Source: a virus
Lineage: Duplodnaviria > Heunggongvirae > Uroviricota > Caudoviricetes
Virus record (IMG/VR): IMGVR_UViG_2799112330_000002
Location: 282,107-346,106 of that record
Direction: 5' to 3' (one strand)
Length of the DNA stretch: 64,000 bases
The notes under the pieces were generated by a model that did no database searches, was not told the DNA's origin, and saw only the letters and a program-made list of their open reading frames with translations. A program made the translations under genes and the position numbers. Positions 1 through 8,525 of the stretch are shown in pieces (the stretch's first letter is position 1; each line of letters opens with the position of its first letter).

Positions 1-54
1 TCTTGCCAATATCTTTGTTTATAAACATAATGAATTCTGTAAAAAATAAATTAT

Positions 55-309
55 ATGAGAAGATATATTGATGAATTTTTAGAACCAGCCGAAAGGCAAT
101 GGTTGGTTCCAAATTTTGAAGGAATTAAGAATAAAGTTCATAATTATTTTGATAATGGACTTAAGCCTGAAGAAATTGTAAAGCAACTTCAAGATGATCT
201 ATATATTTTTACGGATGATGAAGAATATAATTGGGAATTAGAAGTAGTAAACAATATTCTTGAAGGAAAACCAATTAAAAATAGATTTACTGGAGTAATA
301 TTTGAATAA
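55..309 (+). CDS. hypothetical protein
   Basis: 84 aa ORF with TTAT-ATG start context, packed in an operon with the next ORFs. Confidence 0.7.
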   Translation: MRRYIDEFLEPAERQWLVPNFEGIKNKVHNYFDNGLKPEEIVKQLQDDLYIFTDDEEYNWELEVVNNILEGKPIKNRFTGVIFE

Positions 310-312
310 ATT

Positions 313-585
313 ATGAATGATAACAGAAAATATTATGGACAAGAATGTCAAGATGATGAACTGAATAAGAAGTTCAGAAATCTTCATCATGCTTTAGTGG
401 ATCTAGTCATCAGTTTCTGTAAAGAGAATAATATTGATATTGATGAAGCTTCACTAAGTATTGATGGCATTTCTGCATCCATTCCGTATGGCCAATGGGA
501 GGCTTGTACAGATTCTTCATTGATATTTAATAAGGAGATTACCCATATAGGAGAAGAACAAGAACCATTTATGTATAGTATATAA
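313..585 (+). CDS. hypothetical protein
   Basis: 90 aa ORF starting 3 nt after the previous stop. Confidence 0.7.
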   Translation: MNDNRKYYGQECQDDELNKKFRNLHHALVDLVISFCKENNIDIDEASLSIDGISASIPYGQWEACTDSSLIFNKEITHIGEEQEPFMYSI

Positions 586-589
586 AGTT

Positions 590-916
590 ATGAAGCAGTA
601 CATTGATAAAGACATAATAAAAGCAGAGTTAGAGAGAAAGAAAATTCCTTTCAAAAGAGATATTGTTGAATATGGTAACTATCCGACATATCTTTGTGCT
701 TTAATGGATTTCGAAGATTTCATTGACAGCCTTGAAGTGAAAGAGGTAACTACCGAGAAAACCGATTGGTCTCCAAGCAAAAAACAAATGGAATCTTTAA
801 AAGATATGTTGAAGTGGAACATTGGAGATTTTAATTATCAAAAATGGATGGAAGTTAATTCACTTTATAATGATTTGACAAAAATGTTAGGTTATGAAAC
901 TGATAGACAAAAATAA
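590..916 (+). CDS. YIDKD/LEVKEV mosaic family protein 1
   Basis: N-term MKQYIDKDIIKAELE, internal FIDSLEVKEV, C-term WSPSKKQMESL..SLYNDL module. Confidence 0.8.
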   Translation: MKQYIDKDIIKAELERKKIPFKRDIVEYGNYPTYLCALMDFEDFIDSLEVKEVTTEKTDWSPSKKQMESLKDMLKWNIGDFNYQKWMEVNSLYNDLTKMLGYETDRQK

Positions 917-1109
917 GTTATTAGAAGAACTCAAAAAACTAAAACAAAATCTTTCTGCATCTCCTATAGTAGTAATAGAAGATGTTGAATCTTTAGTAGA
1001 AAATCTTGAAGTGAAAGAGGTGGATTTGGATGATAAAGGCGAATGGAAAAATACTGGAGGTTTTGGTAGCACATGGGACCCTGATAGTCCTGATTATTAC
1101 CCAGATTAA
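894..1109 (+). CDS. YIDKD/LEVKEV mosaic family protein 2
   Basis: MKLIDKNKLLEEL...ENLEVKEVDL; overlaps the previous gene. Confidence 0.75.
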   Translation: MKLIDKNKLLEELKKLKQNLSASPIVVIEDVESLVENLEVKEVDLDDKGEWKNTGGFGSTWDPDSPDYYPD

Positions 1110-1122
1110 AAGCACAGAAGTT

Positions 1123-1320
1123 ATGAATGATTTTTGCCCAGATGATGCAATATGTCTTGAAGAACCTACTTGTATGATATGTGGTAAGGAGTGTAAGACA
1201 ACAGAATATGTGTGGACTGGTGATAGCAATTCTTATAAAGGATGGGAACTTTGGTGTTATTGTAAAGATTGTGATATAGAAACATTTCATAAATTAGTTA
1301 AAGCACAAAAAGAAGAATAG
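1123..1320 (+). CDS. small Cys-rich putative zinc-binding protein
   Basis: CMICGKEC and CYCKDC motifs; start moved to the GTTATG at 1123 inside the 1030..1320 ORF. Confidence 0.7.
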   Translation: MNDFCPDDAICLEEPTCMICGKECKTTEYVWTGDSNSYKGWELWCYCKDCDIETFHKLVKAQKEE

Positions 1321-1323
1321 GAT

Positions 1324-1551
1324 ATGGTAAAGATTAAAGGATATGTAGCAAGGGATAAGGATGATTCTCTTTGGTTCCACTACACTAAGCCACACAGAGA
1401 GAATGATATTGAAAAGACTTGGTGGGGAAGTAATGACAAGTCTTTTGAAATATATGATTTTGATTTCCCTGAATACGCAGATTTGACTTGGGAAGAAAGT
1501 GAACCTGTTGAAGTTGAACTTACATTGAAAAGATTAAATATTGGAGAATAA
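1324..1551 (+). CDS. hypothetical protein
   Basis: YVARDKDDSLW...LTWEESEPVEVEL pattern of small phage ORFs. Confidence 0.75.
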   Translation: MVKIKGYVARDKDDSLWFHYTKPHRENDIEKTWWGSNDKSFEIYDFDFPEYADLTWEESEPVEVELTLKRLNIGE

Positions 1552-1556
1552 CGGTT

Positions 1557-1796
1557 ATGAAAAAACTATTATTACTGTTACTTACTGCTATGATGATGAC
1601 TGGGTGCTTTAAACGTAATGTTCCAGAAACAGTCAATAGATATGAGGTGTTGTTACGGACTGGAGATACCATATATGTAGAGTCTTATGAATATATAGTC
1701 AAATCAAATAAGATTTATAGATTTATAAGACGAAACTATTCAGTCATTGCGGATATAAATGACCCGGTTTATGTTAAACGATTAAAAAATAAATAG
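1557..1796 (+). CDS. putative lipoprotein
   Basis: MKKLLLLLLTAMMMTG-C lipobox-type signal peptide. Confidence 0.7.
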   Translation: MKKLLLLLLTAMMMTGCFKRNVPETVNRYEVLLRTGDTIYVESYEYIVKSNKIYRFIRRNYSVIADINDPVYVKRLKNK

Positions 1797-1799
1797 AAT

Positions 1800-2021
1800 A
1801 TGGTAGCATTAGCAATTCTTGGTATTTACTTTATTGGTGTGGTTCTTGCATTGATAGTCATTGCTCTTATTAATGGAAGATGTAGGGACAATATAAGTCC
1901 AGTAAATTGTACTATGTCTTGGTTTCTTTTATTGTTTTTCGGTATATTTTATTTTGTAGTATATCCTCTTGATCGGTTTTATAAATGGTTATATAAGATT
2001 TTTGAAAAGAAAAAGAAATAG
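1800..2021 (+). CDS. small membrane protein
   Basis: two hydrophobic segments and a basic tail. Confidence 0.7.
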   Translation: MVALAILGIYFIGVVLALIVIALINGRCRDNISPVNCTMSWFLLLFFGIFYFVVYPLDRFYKWLYKIFEKKKK

Positions 2022-2114
2022 AGTTATGGATAACCTTATGGTTTGTATGTATATTATACTTGGTATAACATACCTTTTTAGATTATGGTGGGATTCAAAT
2101 ATATGAAATAGATT

Positions 2115-2384
2115 ATGGATGAGAATTATAATAAATATGTTGAACATTTGAAAAAGATGTTTGATGACTATAAAAAACCGTTTAGAAAAATAGAGTATTA
2201 TCCAATTTACTTTCATTATGAAGATGATGGTGTTTGGTTTAGATTTGACAATGAATTAATTTATCATCATGAAAATAATATGACACTAAAAGACCTTGAA
2301 AATAAACTTATGAAGGATTTTCCGTTTATCGAAAGTGTTCAATTTTATGATGAAATAGGTTATCAAGCAGGAATTATAATATAA
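2115..2384 (+). CDS. hypothetical protein
   Basis: 89 aa ORF with TTATG start. Confidence 0.7.
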   Translation: MDENYNKYVEHLKKMFDDYKKPFRKIEYYPIYFHYEDDGVWFRFDNELIYHHENNMTLKDLENKLMKDFPFIESVQFYDEIGYQAGIII

Positions 2385-2387
2385 AAA

Positions 2388-2613
2388 ATATTAATAAACT
2401 TTTGTAATTATGAAGATATTAGAAAGAAAAGAACCGTCAGTTGTTGGAATTTGTCCACACTGTGGAAGTAAGTTGGAACTTGAAAGGGGTGATATATGGT
2501 GGCATAAAGATATAGATGGTGGTAATTCACCTTGTGTTACTTGTGCTGCTTGTGGTAAAGGATTTGATGTAGACGGTTGGAAACATATTAATAAACTTTT
2601 GTAATTATGAAGA
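2388..2613 (+). repeat. identical 29-bp direct repeats (2388-2416, 2585-2613) flanking a Zn-ribbon gene
   Basis: ATATTAATAAACTTTTGTAATTATGAAGA read twice; each copy contains a start codon (2410, 2607). Confidence 0.95.
2410..2604 (+). CDS. zinc-ribbon protein
   Basis: CPHC...CAAC; similar to 48281..48460. Confidence 0.8.
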   Translation: MKILERKEPSVVGICPHCGSKLELERGDIWWHKDIDGGNSPCVTCAACGKGFDVDGWKHINKLL

Positions 2614-2882
2614 AGTATATTGATAAAGATGCTTTAGTGATAGAGATAGAGAGAAGAATAAAAGAGCATCATAGTGGTTATTTGGTGTGTTTGAAAGACA
2701 TTCTCTCTTTCCTTGACACCCTTGAAGTGAAAGAGATAGACTTGGAAAATAGCATGGTCTGTAAAGTAGATTGGTATGATGGATTCCTTCTTGATTATAC
2801 ACAAAAACAACAGGATGAGTTATTAGAGAAAATAGGTGCTGATGTGGGTGATAAAATTAGAGTAATCTTAATAAAGGAATAA
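2607..2882 (+). CDS. YIDKD/LEVKEV mosaic family protein 3
   Basis: MKKYIDKDALVIEIERR...FLDTLEVKEIDL. Confidence 0.8.
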   Translation: MKKYIDKDALVIEIERRIKEHHSGYLVCLKDILSFLDTLEVKEIDLENSMVCKVDWYDGFLLDYTQKQQDELLEKIGADVGDKIRVILIKE

Positions 2883-2883
2883 T

Positions 2884-3285
2884 ATGGAACAGTACATATT
2901 AAAATCCGCTTTAAAAGCAGAGTTAGAGAAGTTGATGCATGAAGCAAATCAAGAGGCTGATATTGCATCTACAGGTGAGTGTTTTAATGAAAAAGTAGCC
3001 GATGCCAAATATCAGCTATGTAAGCAAATAAGAGACTCTATTGATTCCTTAAAAGAAACAATTATTGATTCCTTTGAAGTGAAAGAAATAGATATACCAA
3101 TCAATGATAGTAGAAAAGCCAATCATGCCAAATTCATAAAAGAGTTGAAACAAAAGATAGATTATTATGAAAGAGAACTATCAAAATCAGGTGACTCTGC
3201 AAAATGTGATGATGTTGATTGGGTAATACTGGCAAGTGATATGTTTGATATGTTGCAGAAATGTTTGAAGAATTATAAAGGATAA
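2884..3285 (+). CDS. YIDKD/LEVKEV mosaic family protein 4
   Basis: MEQYILKSALKAELE...DSFEVKEID. Confidence 0.8.
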   Translation: MEQYILKSALKAELEKLMHEANQEADIASTGECFNEKVADAKYQLCKQIRDSIDSLKETIIDSFEVKEIDIPINDSRKANHAKFIKELKQKIDYYERELSKSGDSAKCDDVDWVILASDMFDMLQKCLKNYKG

Positions 3286-3413
3286 AGTTATGGCACAAGA
3301 AGATATGACACAGGAAGATAGAGAATTACATGTATTTTTGTCTTATGACACCAAAAAAATGGTGTGGGACAAATTTATTGAATAAAGTGTGGACAAATAA
3401 ATGAAATAGAATT

Positions 3414-3812
3414 ATGACACAAAAAGAAAAACAATTATTACTCAAAGATCTTTGTGCAAGATTGCCTTATAGAGTAATAGTTCAAGTCAAAGACTGGACA
3501 ACCTTGGATACAGAACTTAAAACTGGACATATACGACTATTACAAGATGGTGTGATAGAACTCAAGCCTTATCTCCGGTCAATGTCAAGTATGACTAAGG
3601 AAGAAGACAATGAATGGAATGGGCTTAATATTGACCCATTGTTAGAAGCCGTAAAGGAACGACATACAAGAATTGAAGATTTAATGTTAAGAGCGAAATC
3701 TCAATATAAGCCCATTGATTGGCTCAATGCTCATCATTTTGACTATAGGGGATTAATTGAGAAAGGTCTTGCTATTGCTGTTACAGAAGAAAATAATCCT
3801 TATAATGAATAA
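3414..3812 (+). CDS. conserved phage protein (LLLKDL-ARLPY family), copy 1
   Basis: paralogue of 3973..4383; shares KPYLRSMSSMT and HHFDYRGLI.KGLA. Confidence 0.85.
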   Translation: MTQKEKQLLLKDLCARLPYRVIVQVKDWTTLDTELKTGHIRLLQDGVIELKPYLRSMSSMTKEEDNEWNGLNIDPLLEAVKERHTRIEDLMLRAKSQYKPIDWLNAHHFDYRGLIEKGLAIAVTEENNPYNE

Positions 3813-3972
3813 AGAACAAAACTTAAAAAATAATATATAATGAAAATAGTTAGGACATTTTATGATTGGCAACGTGAATTGGAATTTAAAAACCCAAAAC
3901 GAATCAACATATTAAAATTATTTAAAAATATAATTATTGAAATATTCACTTGAAAATTTAATTTGAAATGTT

Positions 3973-4383
3973 ATGACACAAGAAGATAAAGAACTATTAT
4001 TGAAAGACCTTTCAGCAAGGTTGCCGTATGGAGTTCATTGTTGTGTTTTTAATTTTAATAAAACAATAAAGGAAGACAATGATATTATATATGGTATTGT
4101 TAGTGATAACATTTTATCATTAAAAGCTGATACAAATGAATGCTATATGTACCATCAGATTAAACCATATCTCCGGTCAATGTCAAGTATGACTGAGGAA
4201 GAAGAGGAAGAATATCATAAAACAATGGTGTGGAGTGGTGATATACTTAATGAAAAGATTGGTATATGGGTACCAACTATTAATTCTAGTGACTATCTCA
4301 TTGCACATCATTTTGACTATAGGGGACTAATTCCTAAAGGATTAGCTCTTGAAGCTCCAGAAGGAATGTACATTATAACATAA
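3973..4383 (+). CDS. conserved phage protein (LLLKDL-ARLPY family), copy 2
   Basis: paralogue of 3414..3812; identical 27-nt block at 4168-4194 and 3570-3596. Confidence 0.85.
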   Translation: MTQEDKELLLKDLSARLPYGVHCCVFNFNKTIKEDNDIIYGIVSDNILSLKADTNECYMYHQIKPYLRSMSSMTEEEEEEYHKTMVWSGDILNEKIGIWVPTINSSDYLIAHHFDYRGLIPKGLALEAPEGMYIIT

Positions 4384-4411
4384 AAGACTTGCATTAATTT
4401 GTGAGTCTTTT
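4382..4411 (+). terminator. intrinsic terminator-like hairpin
   Basis: AAAAGACTTGCA-ttaatt-TGTGAGTCTTTT stem with GU pairs, right after a stop. Confidence 0.6.
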
Positions 4412-4440
4412 ATTGAATTTTTATCAAATGATACTATATT
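4412..4440 (+). promoter_or_regulatory. promoter motif A (ATTGAA-N15-ACTATATT)
   Basis: exact motif also at 13681, 54222, 54620, 63870; always upstream of a + strand gene. Confidence 0.8.
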
Positions 4441-4467
4441 ATAATTGTAAACAAATAAACAATAATT

Positions 4468-4662
4468 ATGAAATTAAATTGTAAAGTTGAAAATTTTTAT
4501 AACAAGCATCGTTCAAATATTATTTTGGCATCTCATACTCAAACTAGTCTTGAAAGCATATTAAGAGATTTATTTCAAGAGATGTATGAGCTTGGACATG
4601 CTGATGGACATGCAGATGGCTGGGCAGAATCCTGGTCAGTAATGAATGGACTTGAAAAATAA
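4468..4662 (+). CDS. hypothetical protein
   Basis: ORF directly downstream of motif A. Confidence 0.65.
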   Translation: MKLNCKVENFYNKHRSNIILASHTQTSLESILRDLFQEMYELGHADGHADGWAESWSVMNGLEK

Positions 4663-4695
4663 AATGGAAATCTTTAATTAAAATATAATAAAATT

Positions 4696-5130
4696 ATGGA
4701 AAATTTAACATTTGTTGAAAAAATTGGAAATCTAATATCTGAAATAGATAAGTATATCAGATCAAATGAAGATTGGGTATTTTATTTCTTGAATCCATTA
4801 GCCGGAACAGATGGTGCTAATAAACCATTGTTTGACTGTATGAAAGAGCATCCAGAAGATTGGGAAGAATATATAGATTTTTTCATTATTGATGTCAATA
4901 CAACTAATGTAAGAATTAGTATTAATATTGATGATAATTCGGATTTTGGAATTGAACTTAAACGTTATATTTTCCTTCCTCATTTTGAAGAATCTGTTTT
5001 AAGAAACAAAAAAATATATGGGGGCCATTATGATGAGATAAAAATAAAAAATCTTGAAGATGACATAAATGAACTAAAGAGTATTTTAGGAAAGAAAAAA
5101 GCTGAACTTGCAAAGCTAAAAAGAAAATAA
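4696..5130 (+). CDS. hypothetical protein
   Basis: 144 aa ORF with a coiled-coil-like C-terminus. Confidence 0.75.
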   Translation: MENLTFVEKIGNLISEIDKYIRSNEDWVFYFLNPLAGTDGANKPLFDCMKEHPEDWEEYIDFFIIDVNTTNVRISINIDDNSDFGIELKRYIFLPHFEESVLRNKKIYGGHYDEIKIKNLEDDINELKSILGKKKAELAKLKRK

Positions 5131-5149
5131 TTAAAATGGAGATTAGGTT

Positions 5150-5533
5150 ATGGCAGGGTACATAGACAAAGATATTGTAAAAGCAGAGATAGAGAGAATT
5201 AAAAAAGAAGAATGTCCTATTGATACTTATGAAGGTAGAATTAAGTTGTTTTACTTTGAACGATTTCTTTCTTTCATTGACACTCTTGAAGTAAAAGAGG
5301 AAGTATTAGATGGGAATGATAAAACAAAACTTATGCAAAAATGTGTAAAAATAGCATATAAAAGAGGATACGATATGGGAGTACTTCAAACAACAAATAA
5401 AATTAATTCCAATACAAAAGAGGTGGACTTGGATATTGAAATAGCTTTATGGGCAAATGCACTCCCAGAAATACAGCTTGATGATATTGAAAGACTTGCC
5501 AAATATTTCTTTGAACTTGGATTAAAAGCGTAG
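5150..5533 (+). CDS. YIDKD/LEVKEV mosaic family protein 5
   Basis: MAGYIDKDIVKAEIER...FIDTLEVKE...KEVDLD...FELGLKA. Confidence 0.8.
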   Translation: MAGYIDKDIVKAEIERIKKEECPIDTYEGRIKLFYFERFLSFIDTLEVKEEVLDGNDKTKLMQKCVKIAYKRGYDMGVLQTTNKINSNTKEVDLDIEIALWANALPEIQLDDIERLAKYFFELGLKA

Positions 5534-5548
5534 AAAGGTGAATAAGTT

Positions 5549-5845
5549 ATGAAGCACTATATAAATAAAGACATAGTAAAAGCGGAGTTAGAAAGAAGAA
5601 ATAAAGAGGCTTATGGTAATGAGTGGGGGTGGGCAGTCAAATGCTCTACTTATGACGAGATTATTTCTCTTATCAATACCCTTGAAGTAAAAGAGGTGGA
5701 CTTAGAGTTAAATTCCTTTGATGCGACTGTATGTAAAAATGGTAATACCTATCTTAAAGAAATGGATAGAAATGCTATTATTAAAGCACTTGAACCTTAT
5801 GAAGATGGAGATAAAGTAAAAGTAATAATTAAAGCACAGAAATGA
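5549..5845 (+). CDS. YIDKD/LEVKEV mosaic family protein 6
   Basis: MKHYINKDIVKAELERR...INTLEVKEVDL; C-term GDKVKVII resembles 2607..2882. Confidence 0.8.
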   Translation: MKHYINKDIVKAELERRNKEAYGNEWGWAVKCSTYDEIISLINTLEVKEVDLELNSFDATVCKNGNTYLKEMDRNAIIKALEPYEDGDKVKVIIKAQK

Positions 5846-6000
5846 GAGGGTGGGTGACTTGTAAACAATGTAAAGGTATTGGGAAAACATTTAAGTGGTC
5901 AATATTCCCAATACGTTGTTCATATTGTAATGGTTTAGGGGATATTTGGGTGGATAATATTGACAAATATTTTGAAGAACAAGAATTAAAAGATAAATGA
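5842..6000 (+). CDS. DnaJ-type zinc-finger microprotein (52 aa, absent from the ORF track)
   Basis: translated by hand: MRGWVTCKQCKGIG...RCSYCNGLG; two CxxCxGxG motifs; ATGA overlaps at both ends. Confidence 0.75.
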   Translation: MRGWVTCKQCKGIGKTFKWSIFPIRCSYCNGLGDIWVDNIDKYFEEQELKDK

Positions 6001-6215
6001 TTATGGTTATATTACTTTGTTATTTTGTAATTGCATTAATTGTATTTGCAGTATTGGATTATTTTGCTGTTAAGAAAATTATTCCTATAATTGTAATTGA
6101 TGTAGAGGGATTGGTATTTATATCAATGTTTTGGATATTTTTTCTTGTTGCTTTAATCTTTGCAACACCTTTTTGTGTAATAGACAAATTAATTAAAAGA
6201 AAGAATAAGGTATGA
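5997..6215 (+). CDS. small membrane protein
   Basis: hydrophobic, two TM-like segments. Confidence 0.7.
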   Translation: MIMVILLCYFVIALIVFAVLDYFAVKKIIPIIVIDVEGLVFISMFWIFFLVALIFATPFCVIDKLIKRKNKV

Positions 6216-6598
6216 AACAGTACATAGATAAAGATGCAATAAAAGCGGAGATAGAAAAGAGAATCAAAGAAACAGAATCTATGCAACCCAAATTCGATCA
6301 ATTTTGGGCAGGACAGATTAGTGCTTTCAAAGGTGTATTAAAAATACTTGACTCTCTTGAAGTAAAAGAGGTAGGAGGACCAAACAAAGACTTGGAGAAA
6401 GAAATTCAAGAAACCCAATGTATGAAATCAATCAAGGAAAAAGTAGAAGAGTTGTACCGTATTCCAAGAGGGGATGATACTGAAGATACAGTAGCATTGG
6501 ATTTAGAAAAAGCTGTTGCCTTTACCGAGGGCGCATATTATGTGATTGAAGAGATAGGAAAAGCCATATATAAAGTAATTAATGAACTTAAAAAATGA
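6212..6598 (+). CDS. YIDKD/LEVKEV mosaic family protein 7
   Basis: MKQYIDKDAIKAEIEKR...LDSLEVKEV. Confidence 0.8.
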   Translation: MKQYIDKDAIKAEIEKRIKETESMQPKFDQFWAGQISAFKGVLKILDSLEVKEVGGPNKDLEKEIQETQCMKSIKEKVEELYRIPRGDDTEDTVALDLEKAVAFTEGAYYVIEEIGKAIYKVINELKK

Positions 6599-7131
6599 AG
6601 AAAGAGTACATTGACAAAGCCGTAGTAAAAGCGGAGTTAGAGAGAATTGAACATGAAACAAACCATGAACCTTTTACAGATGAAGTATTAGGAAAGAGAT
6701 TTGTTTGTAGAAGTTTACTTTCTTTCCTTAACTCCCTTGAAGGGGAAGACCCTTATGAACAGTGTGTTCAATATGATTCTATTAAAGCAGGTATTCAAGC
6801 ACATGCAGAAACTTATTCTTTCAATATAGAAAGTGAGTTGTTCAACCAACTTACCAAGGAACAACAACCACTATGGAGAAAAGAAATTGAACAAGCAGTC
6901 ATTAGTGGGGGTGATGCTGGTGTTACACTGGCAAGAGATCAACGTTATAAAGAAAACCCTGAAGTGAAAGAGGTGGACTTAGAGGAAGAGATGAATAAGT
7001 GGCGGCAAAAACACTTTGAAGGAATAGGTTACATCTTAGATGGCTCAGGAGAGTGGCTTGAAAGAACAAGTCAACTTGATATTGCCAAACATTTCTATGA
7101 ACTTGGATTAAAAACACATAAAGGAGAATAA
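6595..7131 (+). CDS. YIDKD/LEVKEV mosaic family protein 8
   Basis: MKKEYIDKAVVKAELER...EVKEVDLE...YELGLKTHKGE. Confidence 0.8.
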   Translation: MKKEYIDKAVVKAELERIEHETNHEPFTDEVLGKRFVCRSLLSFLNSLEGEDPYEQCVQYDSIKAGIQAHAETYSFNIESELFNQLTKEQQPLWRKEIEQAVISGGDAGVTLARDQRYKENPEVKEVDLEEEMNKWRQKHFEGIGYILDGSGEWLERTSQLDIAKHFYELGLKTHKGE

Positions 7132-7134
7132 GTT

Positions 7135-7587
7135 ATGAATAAAGAATCTAAACTTAATTTGAATGCAGGTAACTATGCTATTCATCATTGCATCCTTGAC
7201 CAGACTTACAATGGTCTTGAGGTACACAAAATGTTATGTGATGCATATATTGCAGGTAATAATGATACTTTGGAAGATGAAGATGAGAGAATAAGGAAAG
7301 CTCTAATCAATGTTTTTGCTACACATAAAGATTATGAGATGTTTTTTGGTGTATCTGTAGAAGATATTCATGCTTGGCTTGAACGGCAAGGTGAGCACAC
7401 TATTGTTTGTGGCGAAGAGCAGATGAAGCTTGTAGAAGCAGATAAATCATCTAATTGGACTGAAAAAGATGATGTAATGCTTAAAGATATTATATCCATA
7501 CTTAAAGATAGTGGATATACAGCAATTCTTAAAGATCCTTATATCAATTGGGTTAATTCACTTAAAGAAAGACTAAAGAAAGATTGA
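7135..7587 (+). CDS. hypothetical modular phage protein
   Basis: EDERIRKALI...WLERQGE...WTEKDD...WVNSLKER blocks. Confidence 0.75.
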   Translation: MNKESKLNLNAGNYAIHHCILDQTYNGLEVHKMLCDAYIAGNNDTLEDEDERIRKALINVFATHKDYEMFFGVSVEDIHAWLERQGEHTIVCGEEQMKLVEADKSSNWTEKDDVMLKDIISILKDSGYTAILKDPYINWVNSLKERLKKD

Positions 7588-7681
7588 ATTATGGAAACAA
7601 TTATACTTTCAATAATCATAGGCTTTTTACTTGGTTATGGGTTTGCTTCATGTGAATATAATAAATTTTAAAGATTAAGAT

Positions 7682-8011
7682 ATGAAAGAAAAGAAATATG
7701 TAGATAATGATGTGTTCCAATTTAGAATACAGATTGATAATGATTTTGTTAATAAAGAAATAGTTGTGTATACTAAGCCCTTTCCTGAATTTATATTAGG
7801 AGAACTGAGTGAAAAAGAATGGTATAAAGAATATAATAAACAAGAAGAATTAGTACAAGAAAAGTTTTTCACTCAAGAAAAAATCAATGAATTAAAACAA
7901 GAATTTATTAAAAAAATTCAAGAATGTGATAACCCATTCTATATATTTTGTTCAGACAGAGATGGTGGATATAATGTCACTAAAGATGAGTTGTTTGATT
8001 TGGAGAAATGA
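7682..8011 (+). CDS. hypothetical protein
   Basis: 109 aa ORF in the operon. Confidence 0.7.
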   Translation: MKEKKYVDNDVFQFRIQIDNDFVNKEIVVYTKPFPEFILGELSEKEWYKEYNKQEELVQEKFFTQEKINELKQEFIKKIQECDNPFYIFCSDRDGGYNVTKDELFDLEK

Positions 8012-8258
8012 AAATAATGTATGAATAAAGATATTGTAATAAACATAGCAGTTATAGCGTATATAGTTATGTTGGTAGAATATGTTATCCATCAAATTAA
8101 AAACAAAAAATAATTTATTATGAAAGAAAACAATAGTCCACTTGAAAATACTAAGGATGAATATAAAATGACTTTGCAAAGGCAGAGATTACAACAAAAT
8201 AAATGGATTAAATGTTTAGATAATAAGATGTTAAATATGATAAGATGGAGGAAGAAAT

Positions 8259-8525
8259 ATGAGTCAAATGCCAGATAAGATTTGGTTACACAAAGATACC
8301 AAATATAGTACAGGGGATAAAGTGGTTGGTTATCAATATAAATTTTTAGCAGAAATAGAAGGGATTGAAAACTTTGTTGAGTACACTCGCACTGATGCCC
8401 TTATTGAAAATGTTTGTGCTTTCTTGAAAGACAGAATAGAACATGATTCTATTGACTATCCTATGGCTACAATGCATTTAATTGAAGATTTTAAACAATA
8501 TATTTATGAAAATAGCAAATCGTAA
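8259..8525 (+). CDS. hypothetical protein
   Basis: 88 aa ORF overlapping the smpB start. Confidence 0.7.
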   Translation: MSQMPDKIWLHKDTKYSTGDKVVGYQYKFLAEIEGIENFVEYTRTDALIENVCAFLKDRIEHDSIDYPMATMHLIEDFKQYIYENSKS

